Shown here: positions 8,957-18,150 of the stretch, piece by piece | Layout of the letters: every line of letters starts with the position of its first letter | Position numbering within the stretch: the stretch's first letter is position 1 | From: a candidate division FCPU426 bacterium | Lineage (GTDB): Bacteria > Oederibacteriota > Muellerivitia > Muellerivitales > Muellerivitaceae | Direction: 5' to 3' | NCBI GenBank assembly: GCA_963847625.1 | Contig: CAWKAR010000003.1 | Location: forward strand, 32,001-96,000 | DNA: 64,000 nt | The notes under the pieces: model-generated | What the model was told of the DNA's origin: nothing | What the model saw: the letters and a program-made list of their open reading frames with translations, nothing else | Database searches by the model: none | Program-made: the position numbers and the translations under genes

Positions 8957-9239
8957 CCCAGGCTCCGACCAATTTCGTGCCAGCCTTCCATAAAGCGGTT
9001 AATGAGGCTGGTACTGCACTGATTTCCTTGACTGTTTTATGGAGGATCAGCGCGAGCTTATCCGCGGTTTAATCCGATTGGGTTTTGAAGGCCCCTACAG
9101 CGGTGGAAAACATATGTTCATGGTCAAGGGCCCGTTGAAGCTTCGTATACCTAACCCCCACCAAAGCGATATTAGCATTCCTCTTTTAAGGGAAATACTT
9201 CGGCAGGCCGGCATTCAACCAACCTATTGGAATAAATAA
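8957..9239 (+). pseudogene. hicA: HicA family toxin interrupted near its N-terminus by a hairpin doublet; no hicB
   Basis: PRLRPIS at 8957-8977, doublet ~8978-9050, then RELIRGLIRLGFEGPYSGGKH...IPNPH..DIS..LLREILRQAG in another frame. Confidence 0.7.
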
Positions 9240-9299
9240 GCTAATAATCAAAAAAACACTTCGAGCATTCCAAGGCTGCATTTAACATTTAGGACTTCA

Positions 9300-9395
9300 A
9301 TCCAGATCGATCTTTATCCCGATGAGCCTGTCCCCCACCGCTTTTGGATGACCCGCAACTTTTGGATTCATATGTTCAGGTTTTGGGGGAGCTTG
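9300..9395 (+). pseudogene. Relic of ydcF-like gene (fragment 5)
   Basis: IQIDLYPDEPVPHRFWMTRNFWIHMFRFWGSL versus AKVAPYPNEPTPNWFWMSRDFWVEIFKFWGSL. Confidence 0.85.
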
Positions 9396-9576
9396 AAACA
9401 AATGAATAATGAACCCATTCGACAAGCTCAGGGCCATCGGATTCGACTAGCTCGGGGCAGAAATTAGGAATTGACGGTATAACAGCGGCAGAACAAACAC
9501 GAAATAGCAAATTTTAATTTGCCGTTAATTCCCCAGCATCGCTAATATATTGAAAATCCCTATTGGAGCGCACTGA

Positions 9577-10128
9577 ATGCCCCTTAAAGTCGAAAAAACC
9601 CCATTGGCCGACCTGCTTCTTTTACAGCCCACGAAGTACCCGGATGAGAGCGGGCACCTGGTGGAAACCCACCAGTCGGATAAGTACGCCCAGGCCGGGA
9701 TCACCTGCGATTTCATCCAGGACAACCAGTCCTATTCGCTGAAGGGGGTCCTACGGGGCCTCCACGCCCAATTCAAGCACCCCCAGGCCAAACTGGTGCG
9801 GGTCGCCTCGGGGGTGATTTTCGACGTGGCGGTGGACGCGCGCCCGGATTCAAAAACCTTCGGGAAGTGGCACGCCGACCTGCTTTCGGGGATGGACCAC
9901 CGGCAATTGTTCATTCCGGCGGGTTTCCTGCATGGTTTCGTGGTGCTCTCGGATTCCGCCTTTGTCCACTACTGTTGCTCGGATTATTACGATCTTGCCG
10001 GCTCCTTCGGGGTGATGTGGAACGACCCGGACTTGGGGATCGATTGGCCCATCAAGAACCCGGTCATGTCGGAGAAGGACATGAAGAACCTTTCCTGGCG
10101 CGAGGCAATGAAGCTCCTAGATAAATAA
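9577..10128 (+). CDS. rmlC: dTDP-4-dehydrorhamnose 3,5-epimerase
   Basis: QDNQSYS.KGVLRGLH.Q...QAKLVRV..G.IFDVAVD.R.DS.TFGKW, LFIPAGFLHGF, WNDPDLGIDWP. Confidence 0.93.
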   Translation: MPLKVEKTPLADLLLLQPTKYPDESGHLVETHQSDKYAQAGITCDFIQDNQSYSLKGVLRGLHAQFKHPQAKLVRVASGVIFDVAVDARPDSKTFGKWHADLLSGMDHRQLFIPAGFLHGFVVLSDSAFVHYCCSDYYDLAGSFGVMWNDPDLGIDWPIKNPVMSEKDMKNLSWREAMKLLDK

Positions 10129-10318
10129 AAAACAAATTAGTAATTCGGTATGAGGAATTTGGAATTAACTGCTAAAACAACAGCAAAACCACGGCTTAGC
10201 GGGTTCGATAATCTCACTACGGGCAATGAATAATGGGATACAATTGGAAATTAGGAATATGGAATTATGAGTTAAAAATTAACCGCAAAAACAAAAAAAC
10301 AAAGAAAGGAAAAAAGAT

Positions 10319-10483
10319 ATGAAATCTTTTGCAATGAAACCTTGCGCTTGGAAAATTTGTCTGGGTCTTTCCGCGATTGCTTATGTAGTGGGCGCTTATC
10401 GTCATTATAATTATCAAGCGGGAATAAGTTCTTTTGTGCTTTCTTTCATCATGAGCATATGGGCGATTTCCTTTAAGAAATAG
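10319..10483 (+). CDS. Small hydrophobic protein, 54 aa, two predicted TM segments (absent from ORF track)
   Basis: MKSFAMKPCAWKICLGLSAIAYVVGAYRHYNYQAGISSFVLSFIMSIWAISFKK; GAAAGGA SD; paralog at 10741. Confidence 0.7.
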   Translation: MKSFAMKPCAWKICLGLSAIAYVVGAYRHYNYQAGISSFVLSFIMSIWAISFKK

Positions 10484-10509
10484 GCTCATAAAATACTTTA
10501 CAACCTCTG

Positions 10510-10536
10510 AAAAAGCCGGCTTATCGCCGGCTTTTT
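10510..10536. terminator. Bidirectional intrinsic terminator
   Basis: AAAAAGCCGGC-TTATC-GCCGGCTTTTT. Confidence 0.7.
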
Positions 10537-10740
10537 CAGCAACCATCAAAGGGAACCCCGCGATTTCCTTATCGTTTTTTCAATTATGAGAATCGGCACA
10601 TCTGTGGCTAAATTTTATTATGGACAGATGATTTCACTGCTAATAGTTCGTGGTTGACAGTTCGCAGGGCTTCGACGATGCTCATAACAGGTGCAGTCAG
10701 GACTGGTTGAAGCCAAAATAACAAAGAAAGGAAAAAAGAA

Positions 10741-10893
10741 ATGAACTCTTATCTTTGGAAAATTTGTTTGGGTCTTTCCGCGGTTGCTCTTTTGGCGGGC
10801 GCTTACCGCCATATTTTTTCTATGGGAGGGACAACTCTCTTGCCGGCCGCTATCGTCTTGGGTGTATGGGCCATTGCCTTAAAAATGAAATAA
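10741..10893 (+). CDS. Small hydrophobic protein, 50 aa, paralog of 10319-10483
   Basis: MNSYLWKICLGLSAVALLAGAYRHIFSMGGTTLLPAAIVLGVWAIALKMK; same upstream AACAAAGAAAGGAAAAAAGA. Confidence 0.7.
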   Translation: MNSYLWKICLGLSAVALLAGAYRHIFSMGGTTLLPAAIVLGVWAIALKMK

Positions 10894-11025
10894 GTTCATA
10901 AAACACTTTATAAAGCTTAAATAAATTATCATTGTGCCGATTCTTAATATAAATATTATTTGGAAATCGGCACATCTGTGGCTAGATAATATTTGATTTT
11001 AAACTGCTGTTATACTTCCATTTAC

Positions 11026-11217
11026 TCAACTTTGCGGTGATTTAATAACTCGAATATTGCCTTGAAGCCGGGTTGAACTTCCATAGTACTGCTTCCGCAA
11101 CTCCTCAACCGCCGCGATGCGTTCCTCGGGCGGGCGGCTCTTCCAATAGGCCAGGTTGTCCCGCGCCGTTTCCCCGCCCAACTTCATTTTTTTAACGGCC
11201 TTTTTGTTCATGCCCAT
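11026..11217 (-). CDS. Small conserved hypothetical protein of the type often found upstream of nucleotidyltransferase genes; partner absent
   Basis: YWKSRPPEERIAAVEELRKQYYG...RLQ...RVI motif; family recognised from memory only. Confidence 0.55.
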   Translation of the reverse strand: MGMNKKAVKKMKLGGETARDNLAYWKSRPPEERIAAVEELRKQYYGSSTRLQGNIRVIKSPQS

Positions 11218-11392
11218 TTTTTCCCCCGCGGTCCCCCGCGAATCACCTTATGTTTTATCATAACGCGGTTCTACACCCAATAAACCAATGGCCTTATAGG
11301 AACTTGCCGGCCCCGATTGTCCAGGACAGGTTGAATTAACAGAAAAAAGTCAGGAAATAGAAGCCAGGAGTTTTTAAAACCCTCCATCCATC

Positions 11393-11646
11393 CCCCACCA
11401 AAAAAATGAGGAATTTACAATGAACAATTGACAATTAACCGCATTAATAAGTTGCGGAAAAATGCTTTTAACATTCATTTTCCATTATTCATTGCCCGCA
11501 GTGAGATTATCGAACCCGCCCGCCCTGAGTAGCATTGTGGTGAGTATATCGAACCATTCGACTGGGCTCGCCACGGGGGAGTGCGAAGCACTATCGAAGG
11601 GTTCATTATTAATTGTCTTCTTTGGTTTAGGCTCTCATGAAGGGGG
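11393..11646 (+). repeat. Partial copy of the ~300-bp repeat carrying a 107-bp nested insertion (11495-11601)
   Basis: Matches ~27865-28009 except for the insert in CATTG|TTCATT. Confidence 0.8.
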
Positions 11647-11669
11647 CGAAAAAAGAAAGCAATCCTCTC

Positions 11670-13115
11670 CTATAAACATTGGGAAACCCGGTCCGGTTCC
11701 ACCGGACCGGCTGTGGCCGACTCCTCGGCCTTTCTCCACAAAAGCAGTTCCAACACGCTTTGGGTGTAGTCACAGCGTATTTTCTCCCAGTAGACCTTGA
11801 CCGCGGGGGAGGCGTTCGGGTTCCGGTCCACCGTCAGCCTGCCCACGGGACAGCCGCCGCCGCACAGGTAGCGCCAGGGGCATTTCGCGCACTTTTCCAG
11901 GCGGTCCACGTTCAACTCTTCCTGCAGGACCTCCAGCACCTTTTCCGATCCACCGGCTCCGCCCATTTGAAACCTCTTGATCCCGACGAGATAGACGCAG
12001 GGATAAACATCCCCGTTCGCGGAAACCACGGGCTTATTGCCGTAAGCGGCGCCGCAGCCCACGACGGTCACGAAGCCGGGCTTGAACCTGGACAGGTATT
12101 GGTTGAAGGGGTAAAGCTCCCCGGTTTTCCAGGGGCCGCTCCGGAATATCTCCGCCAGGGCGCGGATGACTTTCTCCGGGTCCGGCAGGAGGCTTTCCGG
12201 AAGGATGCTCTCGTCGGAATTGACGGGGATCACCGGCACGAAGGCGCTGGTACTGCCCCCCAGGGCCTTGTGCAGGGCCGAGGTTTCCCCCAGGAAATCC
12301 TGGTTCAAGGACGTGACGGTGGCCCGCAGTTCCACCCGCAAGCCGGCCGCGCGCAATTCCCGGATGCTCCGCGCCGAGGCCTCATAGGTCCCCCCTCCGT
12401 TGCGAAAGGGCCTGCACCGGTCGTGGACCGCGGGAGGCCCGTCGATGTCGCACATGAAGGAAATATCGTATTTCTTCGCCCATTCGACCAGGTCTTGGGG
12501 CAGGAAGGATAAATTGCTGGTGACGCAGTATTTCGCGCTTTTGCCCGGATGTTTTTCGCCCAAGCTTTTCCCGCAATGAAGGATGGCCTCCTTCGCCAGG
12601 GGCCAGTTCAAGAGGGGTTCCCCCCCGAAAAATTCGATTTGTAGGTTTCCCCCCTCGGCGAGGTCGTCGAGGCACCGGTCGATGGCCTGGAAGGCGGTTT
12701 CCGCTTTCATTTTCAGGCCCTGGTCCGTTTGGTAGGAGTTCCTTCCGTCCAGGCAATAGGCGCAGTTCATGTTGCAGGATTGGGAAAGGAGGAGGTAAAG
12801 GGCCATGTTCATTTTCTTGGCGGGAACCGGCCCGGCCGGGGCCATGGGCTTGAACTGGTCTTGCAACCCGTCGGGAAAGACGATGCCGTAATCCAGCATG
12901 ACGTTCAAGAGGCCCGCTTCCCGGGGATAGGCGCGCAGAATCCCATCCCGGGAGCCCAATTCCCGGACCGCGTCAAGGAACGTCCGGATGTACTTCCCCC
13001 CTTTTTTCATGTAAAGCGGGCGGCGCACCAGGGCGTTGGCCAAAAGGAGCTCATCCTGGCCCCTCTCGAGCAGGATCAGGTCCTCCGCGACCGCCAGCCG
13101 GGGACTATTTGCCAT
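11670..13115 (-). CDS. Radical SAM/SPASM-domain protein (start probably MANSPRL at 13115)
   Basis: CNMNCAYC, FFGGEPLL, SPASM cysteines CGA..YPC..CAKCPWRYLCGGGC..C. Confidence 0.9.
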   Translation of the reverse strand: MANSPRLAVAEDLILLERGQDELLLANALVRRPLYMKKGGKYIRTFLDAVRELGSRDGILRAYPREAGLLNVMLDYGIVFPDGLQDQFKPMAPAGPVPAKKMNMALYLLLSQSCNMNCAYCLDGRNSYQTDQGLKMKAETAFQAIDRCLDDLAEGGNLQIEFFGGEPLLNWPLAKEAILHCGKSLGEKHPGKSAKYCVTSNLSFLPQDLVEWAKKYDISFMCDIDGPPAVHDRCRPFRNGGGTYEASARSIRELRAAGLRVELRATVTSLNQDFLGETSALHKALGGSTSAFVPVIPVNSDESILPESLLPDPEKVIRALAEIFRSGPWKTGELYPFNQYLSRFKPGFVTVVGCGAAYGNKPVVSANGDVYPCVYLVGIKRFQMGGAGGSEKVLEVLQEELNVDRLEKCAKCPWRYLCGGGCPVGRLTVDRNPNASPAVKVYWEKIRCDYTQSVLELLLWRKAEESATAGPVEPDRVSQCL

Positions 13116-13385
13116 CGCGACAGCCTCCGAACTATAAAGAAAAGAAATCCACGGCAAAGAACAACTCACAGCAAAACCATGGCTTAGCCACGGATGCATG
13201 GGATACATGGGATATGATAAGCAAAATATTTCAGGTTTTTTCTTTTCAATTTTTTAAAAACCCCGGCACATCATGAGAGCTTCAAAGGAGAAGGGCAATG
13301 GGGAATAGAAGCGGCTAATTGTTAATCATACATTCTTCATTTTTCACTGCTATTTTGTTGGGGCCGAAAAAAGAAAAAGCCTATA

Positions 13386-13466
13386 TGCCGATTTTCATAT
13401 GTGAAAAATAGAATAATGGAATCGGTACAATACCGGCATCATTATCAGATTTATGGATTGCCGGCA
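13386..13466. mobile_element. Hairpin-doublet micro-element
   Basis: TGCCGATT..AATCGGTACAATACCGGCATCATTA-TCAGAT-TTATGGATTGCCGGCA. Confidence 0.7.
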
Positions 13467-13554
13467 TGGCTGTTGGTGTTTTATCTTTTACTTTTGCCTT
13501 TTTTGGTTCAAGACAGTCCTAGAACGGCGCGGGGGGTTCCCGTCCGAACGCCCC

Positions 13555-14478
13555 TTATTTTGATAAATAGTCCCATGCCTTCTTGATCCATTTTTTTGAT
13601 GGCGCCAATTCTTCCGCTTTTTGTAATTTCTTCATAGCTTCAGGCTTATTATTTGAATACTCAAGTTCGTACATTGCCTGATACGCGTAATCCACGGCCA
13701 TAGCCTCATCCGCTTCTTTTTCGTATTTAGCGACAGCCTCATCCAACGTTTTCTTTAATTTCCACTTAACAGCGGCCTCATACTCCGTTCCCTTTAACTT
13801 TTTTTCCAGGATGACGAGGGCTTGTACTTCATTCGCCGGTTTCGCGGCCTTGTCGTTCTCCGGCGCCTTCGGGGTGAATGGCGCGGGCCCCAACAGCGGC
13901 AGGTTGTGGGCTTTCCTGAAAGCCAGGATGTCGGAACAAAGGCCCGCCATGCGCTTCAGGGCCGGATTGTCCGGGTCCTTCAACAGCGCCTGTTGGTACC
14001 AGGCCGAAGCCGCTTGCCAATCCAGGCCGTGGATGATCGCCTGGTAGCCTTTCCGGGCCTCCCGGTAAGCGGGTGATTTTTCAATCTCTTCCGCCTGCCG
14101 CGGAAGGGTTTCCTCGGCGCCCCTGGTATCCACGACCGAGGTATCCTGATTCACGTCCGCGAGCACTTCCTGGTTGAAGGACTTGACGCCTTGACGGATG
14201 GAAGCCTCTTCCGTTTCAAGCGCTTGGCGCTGCGCGGCGGTTTGTTGGTCGGCCGTCTCGGCGTTGTACGCTTCGGCTTTAGCCTGTAAATCAGCTTCTT
14301 CCGCCTTTAAATCCCCCATTACCCGGTTGAGCTTATCCTTCTCATCCGCCGAAATCCCCTGGGGGATCGGCTTGAAAGCCGGGATTTCACCGGCCAATGC
14401 CCTGCCGCCGGACCACCCCCAGAACCCAATTAGAGCCGCAGCCACCCACATCAAAATCCGCCGGTAATTTTCCGACAC
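13555..14478 (-). CDS. Secreted coiled-coil/TPR-like protein
   Basis: Signal peptide ending ALA; helical repeats WYQQALLKDPDN, AMKKLQKAEELAP; AAGGAGG SD. Confidence 0.7.
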   Translation of the reverse strand: MSENYRRILMWVAAALIGFWGWSGGRALAGEIPAFKPIPQGISADEKDKLNRVMGDLKAEEADLQAKAEAYNAETADQQTAAQRQALETEEASIRQGVKSFNQEVLADVNQDTSVVDTRGAEETLPRQAEEIEKSPAYREARKGYQAIIHGLDWQAASAWYQQALLKDPDNPALKRMAGLCSDILAFRKAHNLPLLGPAPFTPKAPENDKAAKPANEVQALVILEKKLKGTEYEAAVKWKLKKTLDEAVAKYEKEADEAMAVDYAYQAMYELEYSNNKPEAMKKLQKAEELAPSKKWIKKAWDYLSK

Positions 14479-14564
14479 AGGATCCTCCTTTTAATGAATG
14501 ACCGCCGGCCGTTACCGGCCCTTGACCCGGTTGATTGAGTTGTGTTGGTTGAGCCCGCCGAAGG

Positions 14565-15524
14565 TTATTTCCCTATGGTGACACTGTAAGTATCGTGTAA
14601 TTTCTTCACTTCTTCTTTTTCCTGGGACTTCAACATGTTCACTTTGCCGGTCTCCGTGCCGAGTTGGTCGCCCCATTTCGTGATTTCTTTCGCGAGTATC
14701 TTTTTCACGTACGGGCTGGCATTCGGGTATTTCTCCTTGGCCCGTTGTAATTTCTTATCCAAAACTGCCTCTTTCTTTTCCTCTTTTTTAAGCGCCGTAT
14801 GCAACCTTTGATAATCCCCGTTTTGTTTGAGGTATTTCTGGAATTTGGGATCGTCACTGCCCGGCAGGGACGTGGCGATGCCGGAATCCTTTCCCGGGGC
14901 GGAGGAATCAAAAACAGCCCCTGACGACCCTTTCAAGTCCTCACCGACTCCTGTTGTCTTTGTTTCGGGGGAATTCTTTTTCATGCCCTCTAAAACAGAT
15001 TGCTGATTGGTATAAGCCTCGTTCGCCGCCCTGTTAGTGGGCGGGTTTTCCTGGATATCCGCGAAGTATCGCTGCATCATCTGCCATTGGCCCGCATTGT
15101 TGCCCTGGGTCGGCTGGTTGCCGACCTGGAAGCCGTTTTGGTTCGCGACACCTTTGGGCGTGTCTGGTACCAAGCTAAAACCCCCTCCGCCCCCTCCGCC
15201 GTAACCTCCTCCGCCGCCGCCCGACGGCGCGTCGTGCATCACGCACTTGGTTTCCCCGACGTCCGGGACCTGCGCGTACAGACGGGGCGCGGGATTCGGG
15301 TTGTCGTACGGCACGGAAAGCCCGGCCATCGATTGGTCCAGGAGGGACTTATCCTGGATGAGCTCCGTGGACGGGTTTTGCGTCCCCGCGTAACCCATCC
15401 CCACCGCGAAGATCTGGTAGGAGGCGCTGATCAACAGGGCCTTGCCCGTGGGGCCGAACAAGCCCCGGATGAGGCTCCCGCATTCCTGGGACTTTTTATG
15501 TTTTCTTCCTTTTTTAAGTTTCAT
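14565..15524 (-). CDS. Putative secreted protein with poly-Gly linker and C-terminal coiled coil
   Basis: SGGGGGGYGGGGGGG tract; Lys/Glu-rich C-terminus; AGGAGG SD. Confidence 0.65.
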   Translation of the reverse strand: MKLKKGRKHKKSQECGSLIRGLFGPTGKALLISASYQIFAVGMGYAGTQNPSTELIQDKSLLDQSMAGLSVPYDNPNPAPRLYAQVPDVGETKCVMHDAPSGGGGGGYGGGGGGGFSLVPDTPKGVANQNGFQVGNQPTQGNNAGQWQMMQRYFADIQENPPTNRAANEAYTNQQSVLEGMKKNSPETKTTGVGEDLKGSSGAVFDSSAPGKDSGIATSLPGSDDPKFQKYLKQNGDYQRLHTALKKEEKKEAVLDKKLQRAKEKYPNASPYVKKILAKEITKWGDQLGTETGKVNMLKSQEKEEVKKLHDTYSVTIGK

Positions 15525-15590
15525 GGCTTCCTCCTAGGTATTTAATCCCCCGCGCGGGGTTGGTAACTTGAACCGGCTTTTCAAACGCCT

Positions 15591-16517
15591 CTAGATGCTC
15601 CCCCCAAACATGAAGTAAGTCTGGCCATCCACCCCGTCGGGAGGCTGGACGGCTGACAATTGCGCCGATAAAGCGATGCCGATAAAGGGCGGAACATAGG
15701 ATATTTTGACCCCATAACCCAACTCGTCGGGTAATCCCTCCTCGTATCCTGTTTGCTGGTAAAAAAAGCTGAGCTTGAGGTTTTCCATGGATCCGCTCTG
15801 CGGCCAAACCCATATCGCGGCCAACTCCGAGTAGAAATCCGAGGTGGGATAACCCAAGACCCAAATATTGCCCAATTGGGAGGCCATCAAGGCCGGACGG
15901 TCGTACACACTGATGGGCTGGTCGTAAAAAACCGTCCCAAGCCCGAGGCTCAATTGAAACACGGGCGCCCGGTTCACGGCCATATTCAACCCGAGGCGCA
16001 ACTCGTTTCCCGCGTTCGACCAGGTGGTTTCGCCGGTCAAGGGGGGGTTCTGGGTATCGTTGTAGGCGGTCCGGGAAAAAGAGAATTGGGGGGAAAACAT
16101 GAAACCGGAGTCATGGTCGGGTTTCGCCAGCTCGAAATTGACATAGGCCAGCCCTTTCAAACTGTTGAAGCCGTCCCCCACGTCGGGGATAAAGTCCGCC
16201 CGAAACCCGAAACAAACGGGGTTTTCCGACTGGCCGATGGAATCGAAGGAAAGGGCCAGGCCGACGTGCCCCTGGTCCCAATAACCGACATCGGCCAGGT
16301 ATTTGTCGTAATAACCGTAAAGGACGCCCTGCCAGACAGCGGTGTTTTCCGGGGTGATGAGCGTCAAGTACCCGTCCATGGCGCCGTAGGATTGGCCCCC
16401 TGTGGCGATATCACCGCCCAATAAAAAACCGGCCGAGGCCCCGCCGGGCCACAGCCCTAAGCCCGCCGCCGCCAACCCGGCCAGGAGCAGTATTTTTTTG
16501 GGGAATTTGATTTCCAT
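15591..16517 (-). CDS. Putative outer-membrane beta-barrel protein
   Basis: Signal peptide (ASA); alternating aromatic-rich beta-strand pattern through to C-terminal TYFMFGGSI. Confidence 0.6.
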   Translation of the reverse strand: MEIKFPKKILLLAGLAAAGLGLWPGGASAGFLLGGDIATGGQSYGAMDGYLTLITPENTAVWQGVLYGYYDKYLADVGYWDQGHVGLALSFDSIGQSENPVCFGFRADFIPDVGDGFNSLKGLAYVNFELAKPDHDSGFMFSPQFSFSRTAYNDTQNPPLTGETTWSNAGNELRLGLNMAVNRAPVFQLSLGLGTVFYDQPISVYDRPALMASQLGNIWVLGYPTSDFYSELAAIWVWPQSGSMENLKLSFFYQQTGYEEGLPDELGYGVKISYVPPFIGIALSAQLSAVQPPDGVDGQTYFMFGGSI

Positions 16518-16600
16518 GGGGACCTCGCGAATTTAGATTTACGGCGGTTTAGAAATAAATGTTAACCTTGAAAAATGGCGTAGTCAATAAAGTAAAACGG

Positions 16601-18061
16601 CTAACATTGGGTTTTTTGCGGCATTTTGCAGGGGGTTGCCTTTGTTCTGAACCAGGCCCAACACAACCAGGCGAGGTAAAAACAAGTCGCCGCGAAACAA
16701 CCGGGGCCGGACAGCCAGCCGAGGCGCGTATAAAAAGTTCCGGACCGGCCCAGATAGGCCCTTCCGGTTAAAACCCCAACCTCGCCCGGGGCCATTTCGC
16801 TTTGAACCCTTCCCAGGGGGTCGATGATCTGGGATTCCCCGGAGGAAGCCGCCCTGACCAGCCACAAGCCTGTTTCCACCGCCCGCATGGGCGACATCCC
16901 CGAATGAAGCAGGTGCTGGCGTGGACCCCAGACCATGGGATCGTAGGTCGGCACCACCAAAAGCTGTGCTCCCTGCCGGGCCAACTTCCGCGAGACGTCC
17001 TCAAAATCCAGGTCATAGCAGATTTGCACCCCCAACCGGCCCGCTTCCGTGTTGATGGGCCTGGGATCGGGATTCGGCTCGAGGAACGCCTCCACCAAGG
17101 GGACGGGATGCGACTTATCGTACCGGCCTTCCAGCCCTGCGCGCCGGGACAAAACCCAACAAAAATTTTCCATATGCGCCTTTTGGCGGGAGTCTGCCGG
17201 CTCGGAATATAACCTGCAGCCTATGACGGAAACCGCGTCGATCCCGTGAAGAATCCCGGTTAACCGCTTGAGCGAGCCGTCGGGCCTGAGTTTCAAGACG
17301 TCAAACTGGTCTTCGGGCCACACGTAAAGGCCGGCTTCGTGGACCTCCGGGAGAGCGCTTAAAAACGCGGCCGTCCGGGGTGAATCCTCCTCCTGCAAAA
17401 GGGCCACCCGCAAAGGCCGGCCGCTTCGGGTATCCAAAACCGCCAGGCGGTGCCATCCCCAGGAGCCCAGGGCTAAAAACAGGAGGGCCAGGATGAGGAA
17501 GGTTCGCCGGCGCCCGCGCAGGAACAGGCATAGGCTTAAGTTCACCCCGACGATGAAGGCGGAAAGACCGTAATTGCCGAATAGACTGGCGGATTGAAGC
17601 AGGGGAAGATTGGAAACCTGGCTGTATCCAAGCGCAAGCCAGGAATTTTTCAAGACCCATAATTCGGACCGGAAATATTCCAGCCCGACCCAGAACAGAC
17701 CGCCTAGGATGACCAGGGCCAGTTCCGGCCCCCAACCTGGCCTCTTCAGGGCAAAACGCCGCCACAGGGTCCACAGCAACACCGCTTGAAGGGATATCCA
17801 AAGAATAAAAACGCAGATAAAAATGAAGGCCCCAAGGGGGCCGAACAACTCGCGGCCGGACATCCAGAAAAGAGAATAACCGTAAAACACCAAACCCGCC
17901 ACAGCCCCAAAACGGGCGGCCTGCTTGGCGGTGGGACAATCCAGCACCGCCCAAAACAACGGAACGAGGGCCGCCCAGGCTAAGGCTCCGTGGCTGAAGG
18001 GCGGGAAGGCGGGAATAAGGAGAAAACCTGAAAGCGCCGCCAGCATCCATAAGCGGATCAT
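16601..18061 (-). CDS. lnt: Apolipoprotein N-acyltransferase
   Basis: N-terminal TM domain, LGYSQ, nitrilase triad WPE / YDKSHPVP / ICYD, RAVE. Confidence 0.88.
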   Translation of the reverse strand: MIRLWMLAALSGFLLIPAFPPFSHGALAWAALVPLFWAVLDCPTAKQAARFGAVAGLVFYGYSLFWMSGRELFGPLGAFIFICVFILWISLQAVLLWTLWRRFALKRPGWGPELALVILGGLFWVGLEYFRSELWVLKNSWLALGYSQVSNLPLLQSASLFGNYGLSAFIVGVNLSLCLFLRGRRRTFLILALLFLALGSWGWHRLAVLDTRSGRPLRVALLQEEDSPRTAAFLSALPEVHEAGLYVWPEDQFDVLKLRPDGSLKRLTGILHGIDAVSVIGCRLYSEPADSRQKAHMENFCWVLSRRAGLEGRYDKSHPVPLVEAFLEPNPDPRPINTEAGRLGVQICYDLDFEDVSRKLARQGAQLLVVPTYDPMVWGPRQHLLHSGMSPMRAVETGLWLVRAASSGESQIIDPLGRVQSEMAPGEVGVLTGRAYLGRSGTFYTRLGWLSGPGCFAATCFYLAWLCWAWFRTKATPCKMPQKTQC

Positions 18062-18150
18062 AAATACTCCCGGGAAAGGAGTTTTATTAAAAGAAACAAA
18101 ACCATTTTAAACGATGCGGTGGATAATAGCGGCAAATAAGGAGGATTGGT

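Noticed and set aside
2135..11217. Classical integron with attC sites
   Set aside because: No intI gene; hairpin ends are TGCC/GGTAC rather than RYYYAAC/GTTRRRY; genes occur on both strands.
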